Shown in pieces: positions 43,664 through 53,683 of a stretch of DNA of 64,000 nt. Every line of letters begins with the position of its first letter. Position 1 is the first letter of the stretch. A model generated the notes under the pieces. It searched no databases. It saw only the letters and a list, made by a program, of their open reading frames with translations, and was not told the origin of the DNA. The position numbers were made by a program, and so were the translations under genes. This DNA is from Acidobacteriota bacterium (GTDB lineage: Bacteria; Acidobacteriota; UBA6911), in the NCBI GenBank assembly GCA_012729555.1, contig JAAYCX010000059.1, positions 15,588-79,587 on the forward strand, given 5' to 3'.

Positions 43664-45451
43664 TTACCGGAGGCGGCTCAGGGTGCCGGAGATCTTGTCG
43701 AGGTTGAGGCTGCGGGCGGAGGCGTTGAAGATCTCGAAATAGGCTCCCCCTCTCGCGTACAGCTCCCCGTGATTGCCCGTTTCCACCAGGCTCCCTTCCT
43801 TCAGGACATGGATCACGTCCGAATCGATGATCTGTGAAATGCTGTGGGAGATGATCACGACCGTCCGGTTCTCCTTGATGGCGTCCAGGCTGTTCTTGAT
43901 CTGCTCCGTCGCGATGGCGTCCAGGCTGGCCGTGGGCTCGTCGAGGAAGATGATCGGGGGGTCCTTGAGGAACAGCCTCGCGATGGCGATCCGCTGCTGC
44001 TGCCCTCCAGAGAGCAGTTGCGCCTCGCTGGCGTACCCCTCCGGCAGCCCGACGATCTGTTCGTGCAGGTAGGCCTGCTTCGCGGCGGCCACGACCTCGC
44101 CCTGCGTGGCCTCCATTTTGCCGTAGCGGATGTTTTCTTCGACGGACCCCCTGAAGATGTGGTTCTTCTGCAGCACCAGGCCGATGTTCTTCCTCAGCGC
44201 GTGGGTGTCGAACTGCCCGAGGTCCCGCCCGTCGAGCAGGATCCGCCCCCCGCCCGGGGGGTATAGCTTGCAGAGCAGGTTGATGAGCGTGGTTTTGCCC
44301 GCCCCGGAGAGGCCGACGAAAGCGACGGTCTTTCCCGCGGGAATGGTCATGCTGACGTCCCGGATGGCCCTCGTGCCGTTGGGATAGCTGAAGTCGACGT
44401 GTTCGAGGACGAATTCGCCGCGCGGCTTTTCCGCCGTGAACAGGCCGCTCTCCTCCACCGCGCCGTCGGCGTCGAGGATTTCGAAGAAGCCCTCTGCGTA
44501 GGTCAGCGTTTCGTTCATCTGGTCGTAGATGCGGTGCAGCTGGCGGATCGGGGCCGAGACGTTGTTGAAGAGAAGGATGTGAAACATGATGGCGCCGATC
44601 GTCATCTGCCGGTCGAGCACCAGGTAGGCGGTGAGGATGATGACGAGGGTGACGCCCACCTGCTCCACGAACGACTTCAGGGCGTCGAAGGTGTAGTTGG
44701 TCCTGCGCAGTTTCAACTGGGACCGGATCAGGTTCTGCTGCAGCTGGTACTGCTTGCCGGCCTCGTATTCCTCCCTGACGAAGGATTTGATGACGACGAT
44801 CGACTCGATGATGTTGAACAGCCCGTTGATCTTGGCCTCGCGCAGCGCCCGCAGGCCGCGCCTGACCCCCCGGAGCATGAAGGCCTGCCGCCAGCTGAGG
44901 AGGAAATAGCCGGGCAGGATGATGAAGGCGATCAGGCCGACATAGGCGTTGGCCTGAAACATCAGCACGAGGGCCAGCGCGGAGTTGGCGAACAGGGGCA
45001 GGAGTTCGATGAAGATGTTCTGGACGAAGCCCGTCAGGCTCTCCACGCCCCGGTCGATCCTGGTCTGGAGCTTGCCCGTCGCGTTCTCCTCGGAGGTGTA
45101 GAACGCGTATTTGTAGGTCAGGATGCGCTCGACGGCGTGCTGCGCCAGCGCACCGGTCAGGTTGACGCGCAGCCTTTCCCCCACCATGCTCTGTCCGTAT
45201 TTGACGGCGATGTTGGCGAGTTCCTTGAGGAACAGCACCATGGAGATGAACAGGAGCAGGGAGCTGCTCTGGCGGGCGGGGACCCCCTCCCCCAGCAGCC
45301 GCTCCACCGTGTCCACGGTGTACCGGAGCACGAGGGGATTGACCTGGGCCGCCAGGGCTCCCAGCGTGGTCAGGATCAGCGACGCCGCTATCAGCCCGCG
45401 CCAGGGCCGGACGAAGGGGAAGAGCCGCCGGATGATCTGCCAGATGTTCAT
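43664..45451 (-). CDS. ABC exporter, fused TMD-NBD (MsbA/lipid-A-exporter-like half transporter)
   Basis: ORF 43664..45460 has a TTG start; I prefer ATG 45451. Walker A is GLSGAGKTT. The signature is LSGGQQQRIAIAR. Walker B is IIFLDEPTASLD. A six-TM domain lies at the N-terminus. Confidence 0.9.
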   Translation of the reverse strand: MNIWQIIRRLFPFVRPWRGLIAASLILTTLGALAAQVNPLVLRYTVDTVERLLGEGVPARQSSSLLLFISMVLFLKELANIAVKYGQSMVGERLRVNLTGALAQHAVERILTYKYAFYTSEENATGKLQTRIDRGVESLTGFVQNIFIELLPLFANSALALVLMFQANAYVGLIAFIILPGYFLLSWRQAFMLRGVRRGLRALREAKINGLFNIIESIVVIKSFVREEYEAGKQYQLQQNLIRSQLKLRRTNYTFDALKSFVEQVGVTLVIILTAYLVLDRQMTIGAIMFHILLFNNVSAPIRQLHRIYDQMNETLTYAEGFFEILDADGAVEESGLFTAEKPRGEFVLEHVDFSYPNGTRAIRDVSMTIPAGKTVAFVGLSGAGKTTLINLLCKLYPPGGGRILLDGRDLGQFDTHALRKNIGLVLQKNHIFRGSVEENIRYGKMEATQGEVVAAAKQAYLHEQIVGLPEGYASEAQLLSGGQQQRIAIARLFLKDPPIIFLDEPTASLDAIATEQIKNSLDAIKENRTVVIISHSISQIIDSDVIHVLKEGSLVETGNHGELYARGGAYFEIFNASARSLNLDKISGTLSRLR

Positions 45452-45619
45452 CCGGCACAATCTACCACAAAGGGGAGCGCCGCGGCCGGGGAAACCCGGG
45501 TCCGCCCCCGTCCCCCGACGGCTTCACCTTGACTCCGGGCGGGCTTTTGCACCAAGATCGTGACGTCGGTCCGTCACCGGCACCCGGCGGCACCTCATCG
45601 CAAAGGAAAAGGGATAGTC

Positions 45620-47890
45620 ATGAAAAGGATATTCGCACTGGCGGCCCTCACGCTCCTGCTGGCGGGGCTGGGCTTCCCCTCGTCGCGCACCTCCGCGCTG
45701 CTTCGGTACGACCGGCAGATCGACGACCTCCTTGGCAAAATGACGCTCGAGGAAAAGGTGAACATGCTTCACGCCAAGCACATGTTCGTCTCCGCCGGGG
45801 TGGAGCGGCTCGGGATCGCCGACCTGAAATACGCCGACGGGCCCTTCGGGGTGCGCGAGGAGATGGAGCCCGACAGCTGGACGCCGCTGGGGTGGCAAAA
45901 CGACCAGGCCACCTTCTTCCCGACCGGTTCTGCCCTGGCCGCCACCTGGAGCCCCGAGCTGGCCTACGCCTACGGCGCCGCGCTCGGGCGGGAGGCCCGG
46001 TTGCGGGGAAAGGACATGATCCTGGCCCCGGCCATCAACATCCAGCGGATCCCCACCGGCGGGAGGACGTTCGAATACCTGAGCGAGGACCCCTTCCTGA
46101 GCGCCCGGCTGGCGGTCGGCTATACCCGGGGGGTCCAGGACAACGGGGTGGCCGTCTGCCTGAAGCATTTCGCCCTCAACAACCAGGAGAACAACCGCAG
46201 CACGGTCGACGTGATCGTGGGGGAACGCGCCCTGCGCGAGATCTACCTCCCCCCCTTCCGGGCGGCGGTCGAGGAAGCGGACGCCTGGGGGGTCATGGCG
46301 GCCTACAACAAGGTCGGGGGGAAATGGTGCGCGGAAAACGATCGGCTCCTCAACCGGATCCTGCGCGACGAGTGGGGTTTCGCCGGCCTGGTCGTCTCCG
46401 ACTGGGGGGGGACGCACAGCACGGTCGACGCGATCCGGAGCGGCCTGAACGTCGAAATGCCGGGGAAGCAGTTTTTCGGGAAGGCGCTGCTCGACGCGGT
46501 AGCCCGTGGGGAAGTCTCCGAGGGGCTCGTCGACCGGCGGGTGCGCGAGGTGCTGCGCGTGAGACTGGCCGTCAAGCCGGTCCCCGACTCCGAGGCGAAC
46601 CGGGCGGTGACGTCCCAGCCGGCGCAGCAGAAAGTCGCCTACGACGTGGCGGCCAGATCGATCGTGCTGCTGAAAAACGACGGGGTGCTCCCGCTCGAGC
46701 TGAAGAACCGGCCGCTCATCGCGGTCATCGGCGCCAACGCCACCCAGGCCATGGCCACGGGGGGCCTGGGCGCGGGGGTAAAGGCCCTGTACGAGGTGAC
46801 GCCGCTCGAGGGGCTCAAAAACCGGGTCGGCGAAAGGGCGAGGATCGTGCACGCCCGCGGGTACGAGCCGGTCGAGTATGCGGGTTTCGGCGGGTTCAGG
46901 AAAAAGGCCCCGGCGGAGTTGGAAAAGGAGGCGCGCGAAAAGGAGCTGCGCGCCGAAGCCCTGGCGCTCGAGGCGATCGAGGCCGCCTCCGGGGCCGACA
47001 TCGTCCTCTTTGTCGGCGGGAACAACCGCGCCGTCGAAACCGAAGGGAGCGACCGCCGGGACATCTTCCTCCCCTCGGGGCAGGACCGGTTGATCGGCCG
47101 GATCGCCGCGGTGAACCCCAACATCGTCACCGTGCTGACGAGCGGCGGCCCCAACGACCTGGGCGTGGTGAACCGGGTATCGAAGGCCCTCGTCCTCTCC
47201 TGGTTCAACGGATCGGAGGGGGGGAACGCCCTGGCCGACGTGCTGCTGGGGACGATCTCCCCCTCGGGCCGGCTACCCTTCACCCTCCCGGTGAAGCTCG
47301 AAGACTCCCCCGCCTACGCCCTGGGCAACTATCCCCAGGGGGGCCCGGGCTCCGACGTGTTCGCGCGCCTGGTGGCCAAAGCGGAAGCGGCGCCGGCCGC
47401 AGAGGCGCGCGAGAAACCCGCAAGGGACCCGAATGCGGCGCATTATTCCGAGGAGTCGCTGGTCGGATACCGCTGGTTCGACACCCGGAAGATCCCGGTA
47501 ATGTACCCCTTCGGGCACGGCCTCACCTACGCCTCTTTCGAGTACGCCGGTCTCGAGACCGACCGGAAGAGCTACGGCAAAAACGACGTCATTTCCGTGA
47601 CACTCGATCTGAAAAACACGGGGGAAACGACGGCGGACGAGGTGGTCCAGCTCTACGTTCACCGCGTCGATCCGTCGGTCGAGTGGCCGGAGAAGGAACT
47701 CAAGGCCTTTGCGAGAACCACCCTCCGCGCGGGCGAGAGCAGAAAGATAGGAATGGAAGTCCCGGTCTCGAACCTCCGCTACTGGAACGAAAGCACCCGG
47801 TCCTGGGACGACGACCCGTGCATGATCGAACTGCGTGTCGGCCCCTCGGCGGGCGACATCCGGCTGAAAAAACGGGTCACGCTCCGGTAG
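45620..47890 (+). CDS. glycoside hydrolase family 3 (beta-glucosidase-like), secreted
   Basis: ORF 45560..47890. The start is ATG 45620, followed by a signal peptide. Landmarks are KHFALNNQE, GLVVSDWGG (nucleophile Asp block) and a C-terminal fibronectin-like domain (VQLYV). Confidence 0.85.
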   Translation: MKRIFALAALTLLLAGLGFPSSRTSALLRYDRQIDDLLGKMTLEEKVNMLHAKHMFVSAGVERLGIADLKYADGPFGVREEMEPDSWTPLGWQNDQATFFPTGSALAATWSPELAYAYGAALGREARLRGKDMILAPAINIQRIPTGGRTFEYLSEDPFLSARLAVGYTRGVQDNGVAVCLKHFALNNQENNRSTVDVIVGERALREIYLPPFRAAVEEADAWGVMAAYNKVGGKWCAENDRLLNRILRDEWGFAGLVVSDWGGTHSTVDAIRSGLNVEMPGKQFFGKALLDAVARGEVSEGLVDRRVREVLRVRLAVKPVPDSEANRAVTSQPAQQKVAYDVAARSIVLLKNDGVLPLELKNRPLIAVIGANATQAMATGGLGAGVKALYEVTPLEGLKNRVGERARIVHARGYEPVEYAGFGGFRKKAPAELEKEAREKELRAEALALEAIEAASGADIVLFVGGNNRAVETEGSDRRDIFLPSGQDRLIGRIAAVNPNIVTVLTSGGPNDLGVVNRVSKALVLSWFNGSEGGNALADVLLGTISPSGRLPFTLPVKLEDSPAYALGNYPQGGPGSDVFARLVAKAEAAPAAEAREKPARDPNAAHYSEESLVGYRWFDTRKIPVMYPFGHGLTYASFEYAGLETDRKSYGKNDVISVTLDLKNTGETTADEVVQLYVHRVDPSVEWPEKELKAFARTTLRAGESRKIGMEVPVSNLRYWNESTRSWDDDPCMIELRVGPSAGDIRLKKRVTLR

Positions 47891-47931
47891 CGCCCGGGGG
47901 CGCAGTGTCCTGATAAGAATGGGAGACGAAA

Positions 47932-48204
47932 ATGGGAAAGACCAGCGTCCTTAAAATCGTGAACCCCGTCATCGCCCTGCTCCTGCTCTGCCAAGTCTGC
48001 AGCGCGCTGCTCATGATCACACTGGGAGATGAAATCTTCGAAACGCTCCACAAAACCGGCGGCGTCCTGCTGGCGGGAGGGGTCCTCCTGCACCTCTCCC
48101 TGAACTGGAACTGGGTCAAGGCGAGTTATTTGGAAACAACCGGAAGAGCTGACGGGTCGCTCCCCCGCGGCTGTCTTGACCCCGGTGGGCGGGCACACCC
48201 TTAG
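47932..48204 (+). CDS. small membrane protein
   Basis: Has a GGGAGA ribosome-binding site and two hydrophobic helices (PVIALLLLCQVCSALLMI; GGVLLAGGVLLHLSL). It is followed by NWNWVK. Confidence 0.5.
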   Translation: MGKTSVLKIVNPVIALLLLCQVCSALLMITLGDEIFETLHKTGGVLLAGGVLLHLSLNWNWVKASYLETTGRADGSLPRGCLDPGGRAHP

Positions 48205-48399
48205 CGGAAAACCCCCTCCGGCCGATCGCAGTGAGGGCTGGCGACGCCGACCCCTCGGCACCGCTCGTCGCCAGCCCCCGATCCGCACCCCGAGGTCCTG
48301 AACCGTCTCCAGGGCCGGAACCCGCGGGGCGGGACCCTTCAAATGGCTTAGACCCGGACTCCCCCGTGCGGGTCACATGAAAAGTGACCGATGGTGGCG

Positions 48400-49389
48400 C
48401 TACAGCAGGAGGTGCGGCAGGGATGCGACAAAACGCTCGACAGCCCTGATCTGGGCGATGCCGGCTATAAATTCCCCGGTCGAAGCGGTCCCCCGGAACT
48501 CCGGCGCTCCCTCTCCGCGACCGGCCCCTCGGCCGGCCCGATCCTTCAGGGACCGGACATAGTTTTCCCTCACGGTGTCTGCAAAGGCGTCGCGCGCGCT
48601 CCCGGGGCGGCCCGGCTTCCATTGCCGTGCAGACGCCAGAAAGGCCGCCGCCCCGACCGGATCCACGTACCCCTCGCGCGCGCGCCGGGCCTCCCGGTCC
48701 GCAGCGATATCGGACATCACCCGCTCGCCTTCGGTCAGCAGCTCGTACAGTCCATCGTCGCCGTCGATCTGTCCGGCATCGATCCGCGCGCACCCCTCCA
48801 TCAGTTTCCCGAAAAACCCGGGGTAGCCATCTTCCAGTTCGAGGAGCACCAGCAGCACGGCGTCCCAGAACGCATCACTCTTCGAAACCACCGTGTAGCC
48901 GCTGAATTCGTGCCTGAGGCTCCCTTCGAGCGCCTTCTCGGCCCATTCCGCCCGCTCCCATTCGGAGGGGTCGACGTCTGAGCCGTCCGAAAAGGCCATC
49001 ATCCGCAGCGCCGTCCACGCTTCGTCCAGGACCAGGACATGCCGGGAAAACGCTCCGGTCACAAAATCGAGGTCCATCCCCGCGATCTTCTCCGCCGCGA
49101 CGTGTGGCCCCATTCCGGCCAGGACCTCCAGCCACAGCCCGAAACGCTCCGCGTCGAACCGTTCCTCCTCCCCCGCCCGCGCGCTCTGCCACAGATCTTC
49201 GTCAAAGAGGTGCATGAGCTGCCCGGACGACGCCAGCGCGATCACTTCGCCCGAGTCCTCGAGCCCGCATCGTCGAATGAGCTGGTTCAGGACTCTCGGC
49301 TCGAGACTCCGGATGGCCCGGGCGAGATCGGGTCGATCCAGAATGCGGTCCAGCAACTGTCGGCCCGCCGGTGCCATCGGATGGATCAT
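48400..49389 (-). CDS. conserved hypothetical protein
   Basis: ORF 48400..49422. The start is ATG 49389 with a GGGGGGA ribosome-binding site. It is acidic, helical and non-repetitive. No family recognised. Confidence 0.55.
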   Translation of the reverse strand: MIHPMAPAGRQLLDRILDRPDLARAIRSLEPRVLNQLIRRCGLEDSGEVIALASSGQLMHLFDEDLWQSARAGEEERFDAERFGLWLEVLAGMGPHVAAEKIAGMDLDFVTGAFSRHVLVLDEAWTALRMMAFSDGSDVDPSEWERAEWAEKALEGSLRHEFSGYTVVSKSDAFWDAVLLVLLELEDGYPGFFGKLMEGCARIDAGQIDGDDGLYELLTEGERVMSDIAADREARRAREGYVDPVGAAAFLASARQWKPGRPGSARDAFADTVRENYVRSLKDRAGRGAGRGEGAPEFRGTASTGEFIAGIAQIRAVERFVASLPHLLL

Positions 49390-49436
49390 GGTTTCCCCCC
49401 GACTGAACTTATACCATGACAACTCAGTCGCATCCC

Positions 49437-49499
49437 CTTATTTATCTATATTTTACAAAATTTTTGCGCTTGACCCGCCCGCTAAGCCCGTGCTATGAT
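49437..49499 (+). promoter_or_regulatory. sigma70-type promoter with an AT-rich UP-like tract, upstream of argA
   Basis: TTATTTATCTATATTTTACAAAATTTTT is followed by TTGACC (49470..49475), an 18-nt spacer and TATGAT (49494..49499). Confidence 0.45.
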
Positions 49500-49595
49500 A
49501 CGCGCCATACGACGATGGACAGGAACGGCGCCCGGGAGCCCGTGGAGTGTCGATCCCCCATCCCAATCGGCCTGGAAACCTGAGCCGGAGAAACC

Positions 49596-50945
49596 ATGGG
49601 CAAGAACAGTCTGAAAGAGCAGGTCGAGATAATCCGGCAGGCTTTCGGCTACATCGAGCGGTTCAAGGGCGAGACCTTTGTCATCCGGATCTCCAGCGAA
49701 CTCATCGCCAGTCCCTTCATCCCGGTGCTCCTGAAGGACCTGGTGCTCCTTCACCGCATGGGGATCAGGATCATCCTCGTTCCCGGGGCGCGGAGCAGGA
49801 TCGACGAGGTGCTGGCCACCTACGGGGTGGCGTGCCGCCGCCTCGGCGGGATACGCATATCCCCGCCCGAATCGATCCCCTTCATCCAGATGGCGGCCTT
49901 CGACGTTTCCAACAGGATCATGACCGTGCTGGCGGAATTCGGCGCCAACGCCGTGATCGGCAACTGGGTGCGGGCGCGCAGCATCGGAGTCCGGGACGGG
50001 GTCGATTACCAGAGCGCCGGGATCGTCGACAAGCTCCAGACCGACGTCCTGGTGAAGGTCCTCGATGAGGGGATGATACCGATCTTCCCCAACATCGGGT
50101 GGAGCGCCCGGGGAACACCCTACAACCTCTCCTCCAATGAACTGGCCGCCACCATCAGCGTCCTGCTCAAGGCGTCCAAGCTCTTCTTCCTTACCAACCG
50201 CCGCACCCTGTCCGCGGACGCCTACACCGTTCCCGACGAGGTGCCCGTGGCGGAAGACGGGACCATCACCCAGATGACCGTGGATATGGCCGGGACCTTC
50301 GTCGATCTCAATGCCGGCAAGAAGGAGGATTTTCTCCTGACGCTGGTGGACCTGGCCTTCAGCGCCTGCCGCGACGGCGTCCACCGGGTCCACATCATCG
50401 ACGGGGCCGCCGACGGGATGATCCTCAAGGAGATCTTCTCCAACCGAGGGCTCGGGACGATGATCTACTCCAACCAGCACGAAAACATCCGGCGCATGAC
50501 GCGGACCGATGTCCCGGCCGTGCTCCGCCTCATGCAACCCGCCATCGAGGACGCCGTCCTGGTCCCGAGGACCGCGGCCGACCTCGAGGAGAAGGTGGAC
50601 AACTACTGCGTGTACGAGGTCGACGGCACCCTGCACGGCTGCGCCGCACTCGAGGTTTTCCCGGACCGCCAGGGGGAAATCTGCGCCGTCGTTGTGGATG
50701 ACACCTACGCCGGCATGGGAATCGGGCGGAAGATGATCGAGTACCTCATAGACCGGGCGTCGGCCTTGCGCCTGAAAGCGGTGTTCGTCCTGACGACCCG
50801 GACTTCCGACTGGTTCCAGCAGCTGGGCTTCGTCCCCGCGACGGTGGAGAATCTGCCCCCGCAGCGCCGCAGGAGTTACGACAGGAAGCGGCAGTCCCGG
50901 ATATACAGGAAGACGCTCTCCCGCCGCAGGTCGAAGCTCCTCTAG
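49596..50945 (+). CDS. argA: amino-acid N-acetyltransferase (N-acetylglutamate synthase; amino-acid-kinase domain plus GNAT domain)
   Basis: The N-terminus is RQAFGYIERFKGETFVIRISSE...LHRMGIRIILVPGA (AAK fold). The C-terminus is VDDTYAGMGIGRKMIEYL (GNAT motif A). Confidence 0.85.
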   Translation: MGKNSLKEQVEIIRQAFGYIERFKGETFVIRISSELIASPFIPVLLKDLVLLHRMGIRIILVPGARSRIDEVLATYGVACRRLGGIRISPPESIPFIQMAAFDVSNRIMTVLAEFGANAVIGNWVRARSIGVRDGVDYQSAGIVDKLQTDVLVKVLDEGMIPIFPNIGWSARGTPYNLSSNELAATISVLLKASKLFFLTNRRTLSADAYTVPDEVPVAEDGTITQMTVDMAGTFVDLNAGKKEDFLLTLVDLAFSACRDGVHRVHIIDGAADGMILKEIFSNRGLGTMIYSNQHENIRRMTRTDVPAVLRLMQPAIEDAVLVPRTAADLEEKVDNYCVYEVDGTLHGCAALEVFPDRQGEICAVVVDDTYAGMGIGRKMIEYLIDRASALRLKAVFVLTTRTSDWFQQLGFVPATVENLPPQRRRSYDRKRQSRIYRKTLSRRRSKLL

Positions 50946-50962
50946 CCGACGGGACCGGAACC

Positions 50963-52192
50963 CTATTCGTAGCGGAGGGCGTCGATGGGGTCGAGCAGGG
51001 CGGCCTTGCGCGCGGGCCAGACGCCGAAGACCAGGCCGACGGCGATCGACACGCCCAGGCCCGTGAGGACCGCCCACAGGGGAATGGTGGCGGGCAGGCT
51101 CGGCACCAGGGCGACGACGACAAGGCTGATGGCCACCGCGAAGAGGACGCCGAAAATCCCTCCCATACCGGTCAGGGTCATCGCTTCAAACAGGAACTGC
51201 AGCACGATATCGCGTTTTGTGGCGCCGAGGGCCTTGCGCGTGCCGATTTCCCTGGTCCTTTCGGTGACCGACACCAGCATGATGTTCATGACGCCGATCC
51301 CCCCGACCAGCAGGCCGACGCTGGAGACGGCGATGACGACCAGGCCGAAGATGGCGGTGATGGAATTGAGCTGCTTGATGATCATGTCCGGGGTGGTCAG
51401 CGAAAAGTTGCTGGGCTCGGAGTGCCCGACCTTGCGCCGCAGTCGCAGCAGGCTCTCGCTCTCGTCGAGCGCCTGGGTTCTCATGCCGGGACGGGCCTGG
51501 ATGTAGAGGTAATGGTCCTCCTCCCACGGCATGAGCTTGTGGAAGGCGCCGTAGGGGATATAGACGTAGTTGTCCGCCGCCCCGAGCATCGATCCGGTGC
51601 GGCTCTGTTCGGCCACCCCCAGGACCGTGAACGGGCGCCCCAGGATCAGGATCCGCTTCCCTACCGGATCCGTCTCCCCGAAGAGGGATTTGGCGGTCTC
51701 GGGGCCCAGGACCGCGACCGGCATGCGGTGGTCGTCCTCCGCCTGGGTGAAGAAGCGCCCGTTGGCCAGCTTCAGGTCATAGATGTTCGCGTAATTATAG
51801 GAAACGCCCATGAAATCCCCCCCCCGCACCGAGGTCTTCTCGTTGCGGATGGTGATCCGGGTCCTGGTGGGGACTCCGATCCAGCACACGTCCTGGACCG
51901 ACGGGCACTGATCCCGGATGGCCTTGGCGTCGGCCACCGTGAGCGGCCGCCGCATCCTCTCCTCGCGCGTGGGGCGCCCGCTCGGCATCATGTCCCGGTG
52001 GTAGGCCAGGATGTTGTTGGCCCCGAGCGACTCGATTTCCGCAAGGACGTTCTGCTTGACCCCCGAGAGGATCGACGCGATGACGATCACCACCGACACC
52101 CCGACCACGATTCCCAGCACGGTCAGGAAGCTCCTGAATTTGTGGGTGAGGAGGGTGTCGAAAGCCATGCCGAAGGTCTCGCGGTAGTCCAT
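50963..52192 (-). CDS. MacB-like ABC permease (FtsX domain plus periplasmic MacB_PCD-like domain)
   Basis: The N-terminus is LLTHKFRSFLTVLGIVVGVSVVI. The C-terminus is VGGIGVMNIMLVSVTERTREIGTRKALGATKRDIVLQFLFEA. Confidence 0.85.
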   Translation of the reverse strand: MDYRETFGMAFDTLLTHKFRSFLTVLGIVVGVSVVIVIASILSGVKQNVLAEIESLGANNILAYHRDMMPSGRPTREERMRRPLTVADAKAIRDQCPSVQDVCWIGVPTRTRITIRNEKTSVRGGDFMGVSYNYANIYDLKLANGRFFTQAEDDHRMPVAVLGPETAKSLFGETDPVGKRILILGRPFTVLGVAEQSRTGSMLGAADNYVYIPYGAFHKLMPWEEDHYLYIQARPGMRTQALDESESLLRLRRKVGHSEPSNFSLTTPDMIIKQLNSITAIFGLVVIAVSSVGLLVGGIGVMNIMLVSVTERTREIGTRKALGATKRDIVLQFLFEAMTLTGMGGIFGVLFAVAISLVVVALVPSLPATIPLWAVLTGLGVSIAVGLVFGVWPARKAALLDPIDALRYE

Positions 52193-52204
52193 CCTCGCTC
52201 TCTC

Positions 52205-53488
52205 CTATTCCCGGGCCAGGGCGGCGATCGGGCTCAGTTTGGATGCGCGGTACGCCGGGTAGATCCCGGAGATCATCCCCACCCCGCCGGAGGTGAAGAT
52301 GGCGAGCAGGACGTAGCCCGCCGTGATCCGCATCGGGAACCCGACGGCGCCTTCGATGACGGCGCAGAGAACGTAGGCCAGGCCGAGGCCGAGCACGCCT
52401 CCCAGGGTGGCCAGCAGCGCCGATTCCACCAAAAACTGCAGGAGGATGTCGGCGCGCCGGGCGCCGACCGCCTTGCGCATTCCCACCTCGACCGTTCTTT
52501 CCGTCACGGTGACCAGCATGATGTTCATCACCACGATCCCGCCGACCACCAGGCCGACCAGGGTGATGGGGATGATGGCCACCGCGATCATGCCGATGAT
52601 CCCGTCGATGGTTTCCTGGATGGCGCTGCTGGTGAGCATGTCGAAATCGTCCGCCTTCTGCGGCTTCAGCTTGTGCCGAGCCCTCAGGATCATCCGTACC
52701 TCGTCCTCGGTGCCCTGGATGGTCTCCCCCGAGGAGGCCCGGACCTGGAAGGCGATCGACTGGCGGGACCCGTACTTTTTCAGGAAGGCCGTATAGGGGA
52801 TGTAGAGGGAGTTGTCCGCCGACTGTCCTATGCCGCTGCTCCCCTTCTGCTCCTCGACCCCGATCACGCTGAAATTTTCGCCCCCGATCTTGATCTGCTT
52901 GCCCAGCGCGTTCAGGGGCCCGAACAGCTCCTCGCGCACATTCCACCCGATGACGGCGACCGGGCTCGCGTGCGCCACGTCCATCTCCGCGATGAACCGC
53001 CCCTCGTAAAGGTCGACGGCCTGGATTTTGGGAAGATCGGCGCTGATGCCGGAGATCGAGGCGTCATAGAAGATCTTGTTGCCCCTCTTGATGGTGTCGG
53101 TCCCCTGCAGCATGGGAGAAATCGCCTCGCAACCGTCGCACAGGGCCTCCACCGCCTTCATGTCCTCCGGGTACAGGTTCTTGTTGCGCCGGATCTTCTC
53201 CTCGAATTCCTCCATGGAGGCCGCCCGCACGATCCGCGCCACGATGAAGGTGTTGCTGGCGAAGGTGGAGGAGAGCTGTTTCCAGATGTAGTCGCCCACC
53301 CCCTCGATGGCGCCCCCGACGGTCACGACCGAGGCGATCGCGATGATGATGCCGATCAGGGTGAGCACGGACCTCAACTTGTGGGTCCAGATGGAATCGA
53401 CGGCGATCCGGAAGGCTTCCCAGAGCGCGGCGCTCGTGCGCATCTTCCGGGGGTCCGGATCTTTCCCCGTGGGGCGGGCGGTCGGCAT
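52205..53488 (-). CDS. MacB-like ABC permease (paralogue of the downstream gene)
   Basis: The N-terminus is IWTHKLRSVLTLIGIIIAIASVV. The C-terminus is VGGIVVMNIMLVTVTERTVEVGMRKAVGARRADILLQFLVES. An alternative start is at 53443. Confidence 0.85.
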   Translation of the reverse strand: MPTARPTGKDPDPRKMRTSAALWEAFRIAVDSIWTHKLRSVLTLIGIIIAIASVVTVGGAIEGVGDYIWKQLSSTFASNTFIVARIVRAASMEEFEEKIRRNKNLYPEDMKAVEALCDGCEAISPMLQGTDTIKRGNKIFYDASISGISADLPKIQAVDLYEGRFIAEMDVAHASPVAVIGWNVREELFGPLNALGKQIKIGGENFSVIGVEEQKGSSGIGQSADNSLYIPYTAFLKKYGSRQSIAFQVRASSGETIQGTEDEVRMILRARHKLKPQKADDFDMLTSSAIQETIDGIIGMIAVAIIPITLVGLVVGGIVVMNIMLVTVTERTVEVGMRKAVGARRADILLQFLVESALLATLGGVLGLGLAYVLCAVIEGAVGFPMRITAGYVLLAIFTSGGVGMISGIYPAYRASKLSPIAALARE

Positions 53489-53683
53489 GATCTGTGTCCT
53501 GTACGGGGGATCCGGGGGCGGGTGGCTGCCAATGTGCCCTGCCCCGCGGACGCCCTCACGGCTGTCGTTGAATGTCGAAAACCAGGAAACGGAATTTTAC
53601 CGCATAAGCGGGTCGCGTGAGGAGCGAATACGCTTTTCGGGTGCTTTTTGTCGGCGGGCCGGGCGTCCCCCGTTCCGGCGTCG

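Noticed and set aside
45529-47913. 794-aa plus-strand ORF in a different frame from the GH3 gene
   Set aside because: It is R/G/P-rich with no GH3 motifs. The 45620..47890 frame carries the signal peptide and the catalytic blocks.
51422-53620. 732-aa plus-strand ORF antisense to both MacB-like permease genes
   Set aside because: It spans two genes plus their intergenic gap. It is G/D/R/H/P-rich low complexity. The permease frames have clear FtsX motifs.
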